DNA from: an uncultured delta proteobacterium
GTDB lineage: Bacteria > Desulfobacterota > Binatia > UBA9968
Reading direction: 5' to 3'
Assembly: GCA_963745035.1 (NCBI GenBank)
Contig: CAVUVW010000025.1
Location: 32,001 to 96,000 of the forward strand
DNA length: 64,000 nt
Position numbers and translations under genes: made by a program. This document shows positions 37,164 through 46,822 of this stretch, in pieces. Numbering within the stretch: the first letter of the stretch is position 1; each line of letters begins with the position of its first letter. Below the pieces are notes generated by a model. It ran no database searches and was not told where the DNA came from. It saw only the letters and a program-made list of their open reading frames with translations.

Positions 37164-37564
37164 GAATCGGCTTTTCTGGCGAGGCGAAAGGTCTTGAGCT
37201 CGACCTGGCGTTCTCTCCCGCCGTCACGCACGGCCATTTCCAAAGCCACTTCTTTGAGCTCCCAGTTCCCGGAAAGCCCGAGCGAGGTCGGCGCATCGGG
37301 CACGGTCCGAACCTGCGCCGTCCAGCGGCCGCCGTCGCCGAGCCGGCCGGCGGCGCTCTCCACTCTTTTCCGCGCCAACAGTTCATCCATCACCCGGCTG
37401 CCCTGGACGATCGCTTCGTTGCGGCTCATGCTGCGCGCCTGCAGCCGCAACCCCAAGGAAAAGACCTGCAATAACGTGACGACTCCCAGCCCGACGATGG
37501 CCATCGCGACCAGGACTTCGAGCAGGGTGAATCCGTCGGACGATTTTCCGCGCCGGCCGCTCAT
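37160..37564 (-). CDS. gspI: Minor pseudopilin GspI
   Basis: GFTLLEVLVAMAI motif; size and gene order. Confidence 0.82.
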   Translation of the reverse strand: MSGRRGKSSDGFTLLEVLVAMAIVGLGVVTLLQVFSLGLRLQARSMSRNEAIVQGSRVMDELLARKRVESAAGRLGDGGRWTAQVRTVPDAPTSLGLSGNWELKEVALEMAVRDGGRERQVELKTFRLARKADS

Positions 37565-38028
37565 GATCGGCTCCCGCGCGCTACCTCGACTTTTCCGGTG
37601 AGCGCTTCCAGACGAATCGAATAGGAGATCGCTTTGGCATCGTCGGCGATGACGATCTGGCCGCCGAGAATGCTGCCGTTGGGGAAAAAGTAAAAGTTTC
37701 TTTGATCGCGGCCGACGCTCTCGCCGCCGTTGACGGAAGCAAACGTGATCTCGGGCGGCAGACGGACTTCGTCGGAACGTGCGACGACGTAGCTGTTGCG
37801 CGGCAAGTCCAGAGCCAGCCGCTGCGGCACGCCGTCGAGCAGCGCCCGGCTTCTCAACTCGCGCGCCGCCGCCGCCAGTCCCAGGGCCGTGCGCCGCACT
37901 TCGCGATCCTGCAGACCGCGGTCTAGACTCGGCAAGACGATCGCCAGGCCGACGCCGAGAAGCACCAGCACAAGAATCAGCTCGAAGAGCGAAAAACCCT
38001 GACTACTTTTCCCAACTGCTGATGTCAC
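37561..38028 (-). CDS. gspH: Minor pseudopilin GspH
   Basis: GFSLFELILVL motif and FFPNGSILGG; GTG 38028 chosen, start uncertain. Confidence 0.78.
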   Translation of the reverse strand: MTSAVGKSSQGFSLFELILVLVLLGVGLAIVLPSLDRGLQDREVRRTALGLAAAARELRSRALLDGVPQRLALDLPRNSYVVARSDEVRLPPEITFASVNGGESVGRDQRNFYFFPNGSILGGQIVIADDAKAISYSIRLEALTGKVEVARGSRS

Positions 38029-38440
38029 GATTATTGTCTTGGCCGCCCGGCACGCCGTCGGCTCCATAGGAAAGAATATCGTAGGGGCCGTGGTCGCCCG
38101 GGCTCTTGTAGATATAGGGCTTGCCCCAAGGATCGCTCGGCAGCTCCTTTTTTAGATACGGCCCATCCCACCGATCCACGCCGCCCGGCCGCTGATTGAG
38201 CGCCTGCAAGCCCTCCTGGGAGGTCGGATAGCGCCCGACGTCAAGGCGAAAGGTATCGAGGGCGGTACCGAGCAGCTCGATCTGCGCCTTGACCGCCTTC
38301 GCGGTGGCCTTTTCTTCCTGCTTGATGAATTGCGGCACGACCAGGCCGGCCAGCAGGCCGATGATGGCGACGACCACGATCAGTTCGATGAGCGTGAAGC
38401 CCGCCGCGTTGGCCGGAAATTTTTTAGAAAGGCAAGTCAT
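38003..38440 (-). CDS. gspG: Major pseudopilin GspG
   Basis: GFTLIELIVVVAIIGLL, ALDTFRLDVGRYP, WDGPYL, DPWG, SYGADG. Confidence 0.95.
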   Translation of the reverse strand: MTCLSKKFPANAAGFTLIELIVVVAIIGLLAGLVVPQFIKQEEKATAKAVKAQIELLGTALDTFRLDVGRYPTSQEGLQALNQRPGGVDRWDGPYLKKELPSDPWGKPYIYKSPGDHGPYDILSYGADGVPGGQDNNRDISSWEK

Positions 38441-39644
38441 TGATGCTGAAGATCGCGAGCAGCATGGAAATGACCACCACGCCGATGATCAAGCCCATCG
38501 CCAGAATCAGCGCCGGCTCGAGCAGCGCCGTCAGCCGTTTGGTGCTGCGCTTCACTTCCTGATCGTAATAGTTGGCAACTTCGGTCAACATGGGCTCCAA
38601 TTTACCGGTTTCCTCCCCGACTGCAATCATATTGAGCGCGAGAGCGGGAAACATCCCGCTATCGTTCAGCGGTCGCGCCATGCCTTTTCCCTCACGCACG
38701 CGCATCTGCACCTGGCTGATGGCGCGCGCGAGTAAACGATTGCCGACCACGCCCTGCACCGTGCCCAAGGCTTCCAATAGCGGCACGCCGCCCTTGAGCA
38801 GCGCCGCCAAAGTACGCGAGAAGCGTGCGGTTTCGAACTTGCGCAGCAACTCGCCCACTAGCCAGATCCGCAAGCTCAAGCGGTCCCATTCGCTGCGCCC
38901 CTCAGGACTCCGGACGTAGAACGCCGCGCCGGCGCCGGCCGCGCACATCACCAGCAGCACGACCCAGCCGTAGCCGGCTAAAAACTCGCTAAAGCCGATG
39001 ACGACTTTGGTAATCCATGGAAGGGCATTGCCGTTATCGCGAAAAATTGCGGCAAACTTCGGAATTACAAATACAAACAGCACGATCAGCGAAAGGCCGG
39101 CGGCGCCGGCAAGAATGACCGGGTAAATGAGCGCGGATTTGACGTCCTCTTTGAGCGCCAGCGTGCCTTCCATGTATTCGGTCAAATAGCGCAGGACGCC
39201 TTCGAGAATGCCGCCGGCTTCCCCGGCACGGATCATGTTGACGTATATCTTGGGAAACACGTCGGCATGCTCGCCCATGGAGGCGGCGAGAGATTTGCCC
39301 GCGCGCACCGCTTCGACCAGCGCGCGCACCACCTGGCTGAACTCCCCGCCCTCGACCAGCCCGCCGAGGATCGAGAGACTGCGATCGAGCGGCAGACCGG
39401 CGGCAAGCAGTGCGCCGAGCTCGCGGGTAAACTGCAGGAGCTGTTGCTGGCTCACCTTGCGCTTGGCAAAGAGCGGCAGCGGCTGGCGCGCGCCCAGCGC
39501 CCGCTCGCTCGGCAACGCGATGCGCAACGGCACCCAGCCCATGTCGCGCAAGCGCAAAACCACGCTGCGCTCGGCGTCGGCCTCCATCACGCCTTCGACG
39601 ACTTTGCCCGCCTGATCCGCGGCGCGATATTGAAAAATCGCCAT
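38424..39644 (-). CDS. gspF: T2SS inner-membrane platform protein GspF
   Basis: AGLPLDRSL, RAGEAGG, ALIYP, GGVPLLEAL, VGEETGKL, LLEPAL. Confidence 0.93.
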   Translation of the reverse strand: MAIFQYRAADQAGKVVEGVMEADAERSVVLRLRDMGWVPLRIALPSERALGARQPLPLFAKRKVSQQQLLQFTRELGALLAAGLPLDRSLSILGGLVEGGEFSQVVRALVEAVRAGKSLAASMGEHADVFPKIYVNMIRAGEAGGILEGVLRYLTEYMEGTLALKEDVKSALIYPVILAGAAGLSLIVLFVFVIPKFAAIFRDNGNALPWITKVVIGFSEFLAGYGWVVLLVMCAAGAGAAFYVRSPEGRSEWDRLSLRIWLVGELLRKFETARFSRTLAALLKGGVPLLEALGTVQGVVGNRLLARAISQVQMRVREGKGMARPLNDSGMFPALALNMIAVGEETGKLEPMLTEVANYYDQEVKRSTKRLTALLEPALILAMGLIIGVVVISMLLAIFSINDLPF

Positions 39645-39653
39645 CTATTCCCC

Positions 39654-39779
39654 GTCCCTACGGGACTCAACTATTTTGGCTTTTAGTTTTTGGATTTTCG
39701 ATTGCCGAACGGAATCGCCGGCTGGTTTCTGCTGTGCGCTCTGTCTCCGTCTCTCTCCCCAATCGAAAATCGAAAATCG
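39654..39779. repeat. 7-nt-periodic inverted-repeat intergenic element D, preceded by a GTCCC-tac-GGGAC hairpin
   Basis: Left arm attttgg/cttttag/tttttgg/attttcg/attg (39673-39704); right arm caat/cgaaaat/cgaaaat/cg (39760-39779). ATTTTCGATTG and CAATCGAAAAT are exact reverse complements. Confidence 0.72.
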
Positions 39780-41480
39780 TTACGCTTCTTCGCGCGTGAC
39801 GCGGAGCACCTCCGCCAAGGTCGTGACGCCCTGGCGGACCTTGTCCCAGCCGTCCTCCCTGAGCAGGCGCATGCCCTGCTGCACGGCCAGGCTGCGGATC
39901 GCGCCGGCATCCGCGCGCTGCACGATCACTTTGCAGATTTCCGAGGTCACCGGCAGCAGCTCAAAAATGCCGACCCGGCCAAGATAGCCGGTTCCGCTGC
40001 AGGCGTTGCAGCCGACCGCCTCCCATACCGCCCGCAGATCGTCGCCGGCGCGCACCTGCAACTCCTCGGTCATCCCTTCCGCCCCGGCAAAGGGAACTTC
40101 TTTGCGACAGTTGGGACAGAGCCGGCGCACCAGCCGTTGGGCGAGCACGCCGAGCAGCGATGAGGAGAGCAGATAGTCCTGCACGTTCATCTCGAGCAGG
40201 CGCGAGATCGCCCCCGCCGCATCGTTGGTATGCAATGTCGAAAAAACCAGATGGCCAGTGAGAGCCGCCTGCACGGCGATCTCGGCGGTCTCGGCGTCGC
40301 GGATCTCGCCGACCATGATCACATCGGGATCCTGGCGCACGATCGAGCGCAGGCCGTTGGCGAAGGTCAAGCCGATCTGCGGCTTGACGTGGATCTGGTT
40401 GACGCCGCCCAACTGATACTCCACCGGGTCTTCGATCGTGATGATCTTTTTGCCCGGATCGTTGATCTTTTGCAGCGCGCCGTAGAGAGTGGTGGTCTTG
40501 CCGCTGCCGGTGGGTCCGGTCACCAGGATCATGCCGTGGGGCTTCAAAATCATTTCATAAAAGTGGGCCAGCGGTCGGGGCGGAAACCCGAGGGCGTCGA
40601 GCTCGGTGAAAATCTGTCCGCGCTCGAGCAGCCGGATGACCACGCTCTCGCCGTACAGGGTCGGCACGGTGGCGATACGAAGGTCGATGTCTTTGCCCGC
40701 GAGACGCGTCTTGATGCGGCCGTCCTGGGGCAGCCGGCGTTCGGCGATATTGAGCTGCGCGAGGATTTTGAGCCGGGAGATCACCGCCGCCTTGAGCTGG
40801 CGCGGCGGCGACTCGGCCTCGTGGAGAATACCGTCGATCCGGTAGCGCACCTTGAGCTGGTTTTCGAAGGGCTCGATGTGCACGTCGGAGGCGCGGCTTT
40901 CGAGGGCGCGCACCAGCATCTGGTTGACCAGCCGGATCACCGGGACTTCGGACGCCATGTCGCGCAAGTGCGCGACGTCTTCCTCGTCGCCGATGCCTTC
41001 GATCTGATGCGCCTGCGGTTCGGCGCTTCCCGCCGGAGCATAGCTGGCGCCGTACAGCGCTTCGATGCGCGCGGTGATCTCCTTCTCCCGCGCCAGCACG
41101 GGTCTCACGCGCAAGCCCGCCGCCAGTTCCAAGGCATGAAGGTGGGAGACGTCGAGCGGGTCGGTGGTGGCGACCACCAGCTCGGCCCCCTCGACCGCCA
41201 CGGGCACCATGCGCGCCAGCTTGAAAAAATCTCCGATTCCCGGCGGCAGCTCGATGGGCGGCAGCGCGGCGGGAATATCGCGGAGCGATAGCACGGGAAT
41301 ATCGAAGTGCTCGCGCAATACCGGCAGCAAGTCCTCTTCGGACAAAAGTCCCAACTCGACCACCAGCCGGCTCAAGGGCGATTGCTGCTCGGCCTGGAGC
41401 TTGACGACGCGCTCGAGCTCGTCGCCGGAAAGCAGCCGGCGCGCGACCAGGCGCTCGGAAAGACTCATGGACGCGTCCAT
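39780..41480 (-). CDS. gspE: T2SS ATPase GspE
   Basis: ASDVHIEP, GPTGSGKT, TIEDPVE, RQDPDVIMVGEIRD, STLHTN, CxxC...CxxC; start judged to be ATG 41480 or 41468. Confidence 0.95.
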   Translation of the reverse strand: MDASMSLSERLVARRLLSGDELERVVKLQAEQQSPLSRLVVELGLLSEEDLLPVLREHFDIPVLSLRDIPAALPPIELPPGIGDFFKLARMVPVAVEGAELVVATTDPLDVSHLHALELAAGLRVRPVLAREKEITARIEALYGASYAPAGSAEPQAHQIEGIGDEEDVAHLRDMASEVPVIRLVNQMLVRALESRASDVHIEPFENQLKVRYRIDGILHEAESPPRQLKAAVISRLKILAQLNIAERRLPQDGRIKTRLAGKDIDLRIATVPTLYGESVVIRLLERGQIFTELDALGFPPRPLAHFYEMILKPHGMILVTGPTGSGKTTTLYGALQKINDPGKKIITIEDPVEYQLGGVNQIHVKPQIGLTFANGLRSIVRQDPDVIMVGEIRDAETAEIAVQAALTGHLVFSTLHTNDAAGAISRLLEMNVQDYLLSSSLLGVLAQRLVRRLCPNCRKEVPFAGAEGMTEELQVRAGDDLRAVWEAVGCNACSGTGYLGRVGIFELLPVTSEICKVIVQRADAGAIRSLAVQQGMRLLREDGWDKVRQGVTTLAEVLRVTREEA

Positions 41481-41496
41481 ACGATTTTTGCCGAAC

Positions 41497-41877
41497 TTAC
41501 TTCTTGTCCCCCGGGCCCACCCTGCCGTAGCGATCTTCCAGACGGACCACGTCGTCAAGCTCGGGCGTCGATACTTCGAGAACGTCGCAGTCTTCGACCG
41601 CGCTCATGCGATGTTTCATGCCGGGAGCGATGTGCAAACATTCTCCCGGCGCCAAGCGCAATTTCCGCCGTTCGCCGTCGCGCTCGATGTCCATTTCCAA
41701 AACGCCGGTCAAGAGCCGAATCGTCTCGTCCTTCACCACGTGATACTGATAGCTCAGCGATTCGCCTTTGTTGATGTGGAGAATCTTGCCGACATAGCGG
41801 TCGGTGTGCGCCCAGATGAGCTCATGGCCCCAGGGCTTCTCGACGATTTTGCCGTTATCGGTCTCCATCAAAGCCAT
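41497..41877 (-). CDS. Cupin protein, mannose-6-phosphate isomerase type II C-terminal-like
   Basis: VEKPWG, SLSYQYH..KDE, HRM, EVSTPELDDVVRLEDRYGR. Confidence 0.8.
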   Translation of the reverse strand: MALMETDNGKIVEKPWGHELIWAHTDRYVGKILHINKGESLSYQYHVVKDETIRLLTGVLEMDIERDGERRKLRLAPGECLHIAPGMKHRMSAVEDCDVLEVSTPELDDVVRLEDRYGRVGPGDKK

Positions 41878-41939
41878 ACTGCCTCCGATGATAACAGATT
41901 CCCGCCGGCCTGGAAATAATTAAAGGAAATGGGCGCGGC

Positions 41940-43169
41940 TCACAAAGCCGGATTATCGCCGCCGGAGGAATGATAGATATGCGCGGCAGCGACCAGGGTG
42001 AAAAAAAAGATCCGCGTTTCGTGATGATAAAAGGGGACGTCGCCGAGTCCCGCGACGATTACGGCGATCCACGCGGCGGCAAGGGCAAAGCCCAAAAGCT
42101 GCTGGGGGCCGCCGTCGCGCCGTCGCGCCGTCGCCGCTATCCGCAGCAGCGAAATTCCCATCAACCAGACAAACGCCAGCAGCCCCAACAGCCCGGTTCC
42201 GGCGAAGAGTTCGACGTAGACGTTGTGGCTATGCATGATCGGTCGATCTTTAAATGGGGTGTCTTGCACCCGCGGCCGGAGCGCCTCCCTTAACCGGCGC
42301 CGGCCGTAGCCGACGCCGAGCACGGGGTGATCCAGACCGACGCTCAACGCGCCCGTCAGTAAATGCTGTCGCTCGCGCAGCGACTCATCGTCGCTCGGGC
42401 GGCTGACCGAGCTGAGCCGATCCAGAATCGATGGAAAGGCCAGCGCGCATGCCGCCGCCAGCACTCCCATGGCTGCCAAATATTTCCATCTTTTTGCGCT
42501 GGCCATGAAATAAACCAGCGCCGCCGCCGAGCCGAGCCATGCGCCGCGCGAATAGGTCAAGAGCAGCGCGCCGATCTGAGAGGCGCACGACACCGCGCTC
42601 AAGCCGCGCCAGCCGAGCGCACCGGTAAGCGCCACGGCCGCACACAGCGGGATGCTCATGGCGAAAAGGTAGCCCGCGGTGTTGGGATGGTCCAGGGGAA
42701 AATAAAAGCGGTGGCCGAGCTCGAGACGGAAAACCGCAGGATCCTGCGCCAAGCCGCGGGCGACGAGCACCAGCGGCAGGACTCCGCACAACAAGGGCAG
42801 CCAGCGCCTATGCGACGGGCTCGCGAAGAGATCCGCGACCATGACCGCGTGAGCGCAGCCGAAAAGAAAATAGCGGTAATCGCCGGCCACGTGAAAGTCC
42901 GGCAGCAGCGACAACGTGACCACGGCAAAGAAGACCCACAGCGGCGAAAGCGCGCGCAGTCGCGACAATCCGGTAGCGGACCAACCGCCGCGAGCCCACA
43001 ACAACGCCTTGAACGCCAGCCAGAAAAAAAACGTCGTCCGCGACACGCTCCAGGCGCTGATGCTGCCGCCGCCGCCAAAGAACTCCAGCCGGCCGATGCC
43101 GAGAAAGGCAATCGAAAGGACAAGAGCATAGGTCAAATAACGCTCGCCCCACTCCAGGAGGTATCGCAT
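41940..43169 (-). CDS. waaL: O-antigen ligase (Wzy_C) family protein
   Basis: Multi-TM, HPN, TYSRGAW, GVGYG, HSHNVYVE..GLLG. Confidence 0.85.
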   Translation of the reverse strand: MRYLLEWGERYLTYALVLSIAFLGIGRLEFFGGGGSISAWSVSRTTFFFWLAFKALLWARGGWSATGLSRLRALSPLWVFFAVVTLSLLPDFHVAGDYRYFLFGCAHAVMVADLFASPSHRRWLPLLCGVLPLVLVARGLAQDPAVFRLELGHRFYFPLDHPNTAGYLFAMSIPLCAAVALTGALGWRGLSAVSCASQIGALLLTYSRGAWLGSAAALVYFMASAKRWKYLAAMGVLAAACALAFPSILDRLSSVSRPSDDESLRERQHLLTGALSVGLDHPVLGVGYGRRRLREALRPRVQDTPFKDRPIMHSHNVYVELFAGTGLLGLLAFVWLMGISLLRIAATARRRDGGPQQLLGFALAAAWIAVIVAGLGDVPFYHHETRIFFFTLVAAAHIYHSSGGDNPAL

Positions 43170-43307
43170 GTTTCCTTAAACCCGGGTTCCGCGGTCGTGA
43201 CTTGAGCCGGCATCCGCGCGGCACGATCCCAGAGTCGGAAAGACACATTCCTACTCCGGAGCGCGCGCGTACGAATCATCGCTCCACTCCCATGCTGGAG
43301 ACGTGCT

Positions 43308-44711
43308 TTACGGATGCAGCGCCCGACTGCCGCGAAAGCCGCCGAACAGAGTAAGCGCGAGGATTTTTATGTCGCGCCACAACGACCAGTTTTCGATGTA
43401 GTCCAAATCGTGCTCGACGCGCCGTTCCAAGGACGTGTTTCCCCGCCAACCGTTGACTTGAGCCCAGCCGGTCATGCCGGCCTTCACTTTGTGGCGCAGC
43501 ATGTATTTGGGCATCGAGCGGCGAAACTCTTCGATCAGCGGCGGTCTCTCGGGACGCGGTCCTACCAGGCTCATCTCTCCGCGTAACACGTTGACCAACT
43601 GGGGCAGCTCATCGAGGCTGGTCCAACGCAGCCAGCGGCCGACGGCGGTCACCCGCGGATCGTCGTCCGCGGACCACACCGGCCCGGTGAGACTTTCCGC
43701 ATCGTCGACCATAGTGCGAAACTTGAGCATCCAGAATCGTTCGCCGTCGAGACCCATGCGCTCCTGGCGGTAAAGCACCGGACCGGGTGACGTCAGCTTG
43801 ACGATCAGAGCGATCGCGGCCATGACCGGCGAAAAAATCATCAGGGCAAGCACGCCGACGACCAAATCCATCGCTCTTTTAAAAGCGGCGTTCCAGCCAT
43901 GCAAGGGCGACGTCTGCAAGCTGATGATCTGCAAGCCGTCGAGTTCTTCCACGTTGCCGCGCAGCTTGGCGAGGTTGCCCAGGTCCGGAATGAAGTACAG
44001 GTCCACGGGCTCGTCGGCCAGCCACGTTTGAACTTCGCGCAAGCGCGATGATTGCTCCAGCGGCAGGGTGACAAAAACGCCGTCCACCGCCCCCGATCTG
44101 ATCAGGGACAATAGCTCCGCGACGTTCTCGATCAATTGCACTCTGCCGGGAAACTTTTCCGCGCCTTCGCGCAGCAGAAAGATACCGATAATCTTGTGGC
44201 CGAGATGGCGGTAGGCCTGCAACTGCCGCAGCAGCCGCCTGCACTGGTCGGGTGTCCCGACCACCACCATATGGCGCATGTTATAGCCCCGGCGGCGAAA
44301 AAAACGGAGTCCTTCGCGAATGGCAAGATGGCTGATGTTGAGCAGAATAAGCGCGCTAAACCAGAAGACCAGCACGACGATGCGCGACAGCACGATTTCC
44401 CGAACTAAAAACACGATGCCGAGAAAGATGAGCAGCGCCAGGGCGGAGCCCTTGATGAGATCGATCACTTCGCGGCGGTGAGTCGAGAGCCGGCGCGGCC
44501 GGTAGAAATCGACAAGCTCGAAAACGCCCGCCCAGACCACGAGGACAATAAGCCAGGCGAGAACGTAGTGGCGAAATACATAATCCTCGGGCTCGCTGAA
44601 CAGCGCGGTATGGAATCGCAGGCCGTAGGCGAACCACCATGCGCAGCTCACGACCGCGAGATCGTTCAAGCGCATGAGCATCTTAAAAAATTCGTTATGC
44701 CGTCGCAACAT
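43308..44711 (-). CDS. wcaJ: Undecaprenyl-phosphate glucose phosphotransferase (WcaJ type)
   Basis: N-terminal TMs, KRAMD, KFRTM, SLDELPQL, MSLVGPRPE, GMTGWAQVNG, YIENWS. Confidence 0.9.
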   Translation of the reverse strand: MLRRHNEFFKMLMRLNDLAVVSCAWWFAYGLRFHTALFSEPEDYVFRHYVLAWLIVLVVWAGVFELVDFYRPRRLSTHRREVIDLIKGSALALLIFLGIVFLVREIVLSRIVVLVFWFSALILLNISHLAIREGLRFFRRRGYNMRHMVVVGTPDQCRRLLRQLQAYRHLGHKIIGIFLLREGAEKFPGRVQLIENVAELLSLIRSGAVDGVFVTLPLEQSSRLREVQTWLADEPVDLYFIPDLGNLAKLRGNVEELDGLQIISLQTSPLHGWNAAFKRAMDLVVGVLALMIFSPVMAAIALIVKLTSPGPVLYRQERMGLDGERFWMLKFRTMVDDAESLTGPVWSADDDPRVTAVGRWLRWTSLDELPQLVNVLRGEMSLVGPRPERPPLIEEFRRSMPKYMLRHKVKAGMTGWAQVNGWRGNTSLERRVEHDLDYIENWSLWRDIKILALTLFGGFRGSRALHP

Positions 44712-44712
44712 C

Positions 44713-45846
44713 TTACGCTGGAGTCATGCGATCCCGCAGATAAGCCGATACAATCTGCTTCATCTCCGACTTGAAGCGGGCGCGCGAGAATCCTGAGGCG
44801 TGCCGGCGCAGCGCCGCGGGATCAAACATATGCTTTACGTCCCGATACCTTTCCACCGCTTCGATCAAGCTCGCCGGCGCGGCTTGAGAAAAAAAAATTC
44901 CGGTCGGCGGCCTGGCCGCGTCGCGGCCCCTATCGTCGACGCCGATCACCGTTTCTCGCGCCCCTCCCCGATCGTAAGCGATCACCGGCCTGCCGCTCGC
45001 CTGCGCCTCCAGCGGCACGATGCCGAAATCTTCTTCCCCCGGGAAAATTACCGCTTGGCACCTGGAATAGAGTTCCGCCAGCTTTGCGTCGCCGACCCAG
45101 CCGAGAAACTCGATATTGGACTTTGCCCGCCGCCGCAGGAATCTTTGCAGCGGCCCGTCGCCGGCAATCTTCAACGGCAGTTGTAGCTCATTGAAGGCAT
45201 CGACGGCAAGATCGATGCGCTTGTAAGGCACCAGCGCGGAAACGATCAAATAGTACGGCTCCGGGCGCTCGGCGAGGTCAAACCGCTCTACATCGACCGG
45301 CGGATGGATCACCGCCGCCTCGCGTCCATAAAGCGTCTTGATCTTGGCCGCGACGTTTTTTGAGTTGGCAATAAAGAAACTCACGCGCTCGGAAGAACGC
45401 AGATCCCAGCGCTGGAGATAGCCTCGCCACAGAGCCATCGCCGCCTTCGGTATCGGAGAAGCGCCGGCACCGAAATAAGCATCGTGCTGGTCCCAGATAT
45501 AACGCATCGGAGCATGCACGTAGGCGATATGCGCGACGCGATGCGGGAATATACCCTTGGCGACGCAATGGCTGCTCGAAAGAATGAGGTCATAGTCGCC
45601 GAGCTCGAAAGTCTCTACGGCCTGGGGAAAAAACGGCAGAAGGTAGCGAAAATAGTTTTTGGCTCCCGGCAAGCGATCGATCCAGGAAGTTTGGATCTTC
45701 ATTCGTTGAATTTTCGGTGAAATAGCGCGCGGGTCATAAACCAGCGTGTACAAATCGGCCTCGGGAAAAATTTCGCAACACGCCTCCAGGCACTTTTCGC
45801 CGCCCCTCATGCCGGTGAGCCAATCGTGAACCAGGGCTATTTTCAT
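44713..45846 (-). CDS. GT4 glycosyltransferase
   Basis: MKIALVHDWLTGMRGGE, SSSHCVAKG, EEDFGIVPLEAQASG. Confidence 0.9.
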   Translation of the reverse strand: MKIALVHDWLTGMRGGEKCLEACCEIFPEADLYTLVYDPRAISPKIQRMKIQTSWIDRLPGAKNYFRYLLPFFPQAVETFELGDYDLILSSSHCVAKGIFPHRVAHIAYVHAPMRYIWDQHDAYFGAGASPIPKAAMALWRGYLQRWDLRSSERVSFFIANSKNVAAKIKTLYGREAAVIHPPVDVERFDLAERPEPYYLIVSALVPYKRIDLAVDAFNELQLPLKIAGDGPLQRFLRRRAKSNIEFLGWVGDAKLAELYSRCQAVIFPGEEDFGIVPLEAQASGRPVIAYDRGGARETVIGVDDRGRDAARPPTGIFFSQAAPASLIEAVERYRDVKHMFDPAALRRHASGFSRARFKSEMKQIVSAYLRDRMTPA

Positions 45847-45954
45847 GAGTGAGACATCGGGGATGGAAACTTGGGCGGCCTTTACCGGGCAGGAAAGTTC
45901 GTTGTATCGATCGCCGGCGCGCTGCAAAAAACGACGCCCTGTTTCCGGGCATGG

Positions 45955-46320
45955 CTAACCTTTGATCAGTTGTCGCATTTTTTGCCAGGCAAAATCCAGC
46001 GTGAACATGGAGGTCATCAGGGAGCGAATGTACGCGTTGGAAACTCGCCGCCGCGACTGAATGGCGCGGCGTTTTTTCCATATCGACGGCAGCATTTTCA
46101 GCGCATCCCGCTTGGCCCTGAAAAACGGGCGCCACTGCCGATGCCGCAGGCAGAGATAGCCAAACGAGCCGATCTCTTGAAGGAGCTTGTAGTGGGCAAA
46201 TCGCAGCATCAATCCAAACGGCATGTTCTTGAGCCAGACGAATTCCAAATTGCGCCTGTGATAGTAGACGTGAACGTCGCTCAGCTTGATCGACGTCGCG
46301 TTACCTTTGTGCGAAGGATG
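45955..46320 (-). pseudogene. C-terminal remnant of a GT2-family glycosyltransferase
   Basis: HKGNATS..SDVHVYYHRRN..VWLKNMP...RAKRDALKML..IWKKRRAIQ resembles GT2 C-termini; no catalytic N-terminal domain upstream. Confidence 0.6.
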
Positions 46321-46519
46321 GCTGCCGGCACATAGGCGCACCTCCAGCCGGCAAGCTGAGAGCGAAAGCTTGAAGAGGTATCTCGTCATCAAAAAACTTT
46401 GCTCATAAGCAGGATCTCCATCTGAGAATGGGTTCCGGAGTCTTTGTTGCCTGGATGGCGGTTGGGCATGGCGCAGGCGCGTGGGAATGGCGAGGCGCCT
46501 CCTCTCGGAAGACCATGTG

Positions 46520-46810
46520 TCCTACAACGACAAGATAGAGGTTTTTCTCAAGCGCCGATGGAGCAACTGAAAAACCCGAGATCTGTACCACTCATTGCGA
46601 AAGTGTGCAGCTGCATCCAGACAGTCCAAAACCATATAGCGTTGGGATAAGGAGCTGCTGATCAACCTCAACGCAAATTTCCCGCCCTTTCTTTGTTCCT
46701 TGTTTCATCAATGCCCAACCGGCAATGTAGACTCCGTCTCCATGTTGCCTCAATGACGGCGATATTTGTTCGCGTATCCACGTCGACAGAAAAAGTGTGC
46801 TGCCGCCCAA
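46520..46810 (-). pseudogene. Decayed remnant of a periplasmic GWA...DVA-type domain
   Basis: Fragments across frames read YIAGWAL...VEVDQQLLIPTLYG / DCLDAAAHFRNEWYR / SGFSVAPSAL, with several frameshifts. Confidence 0.4.
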
Positions 46811-46822
46811 GAAAAAGTTTCG

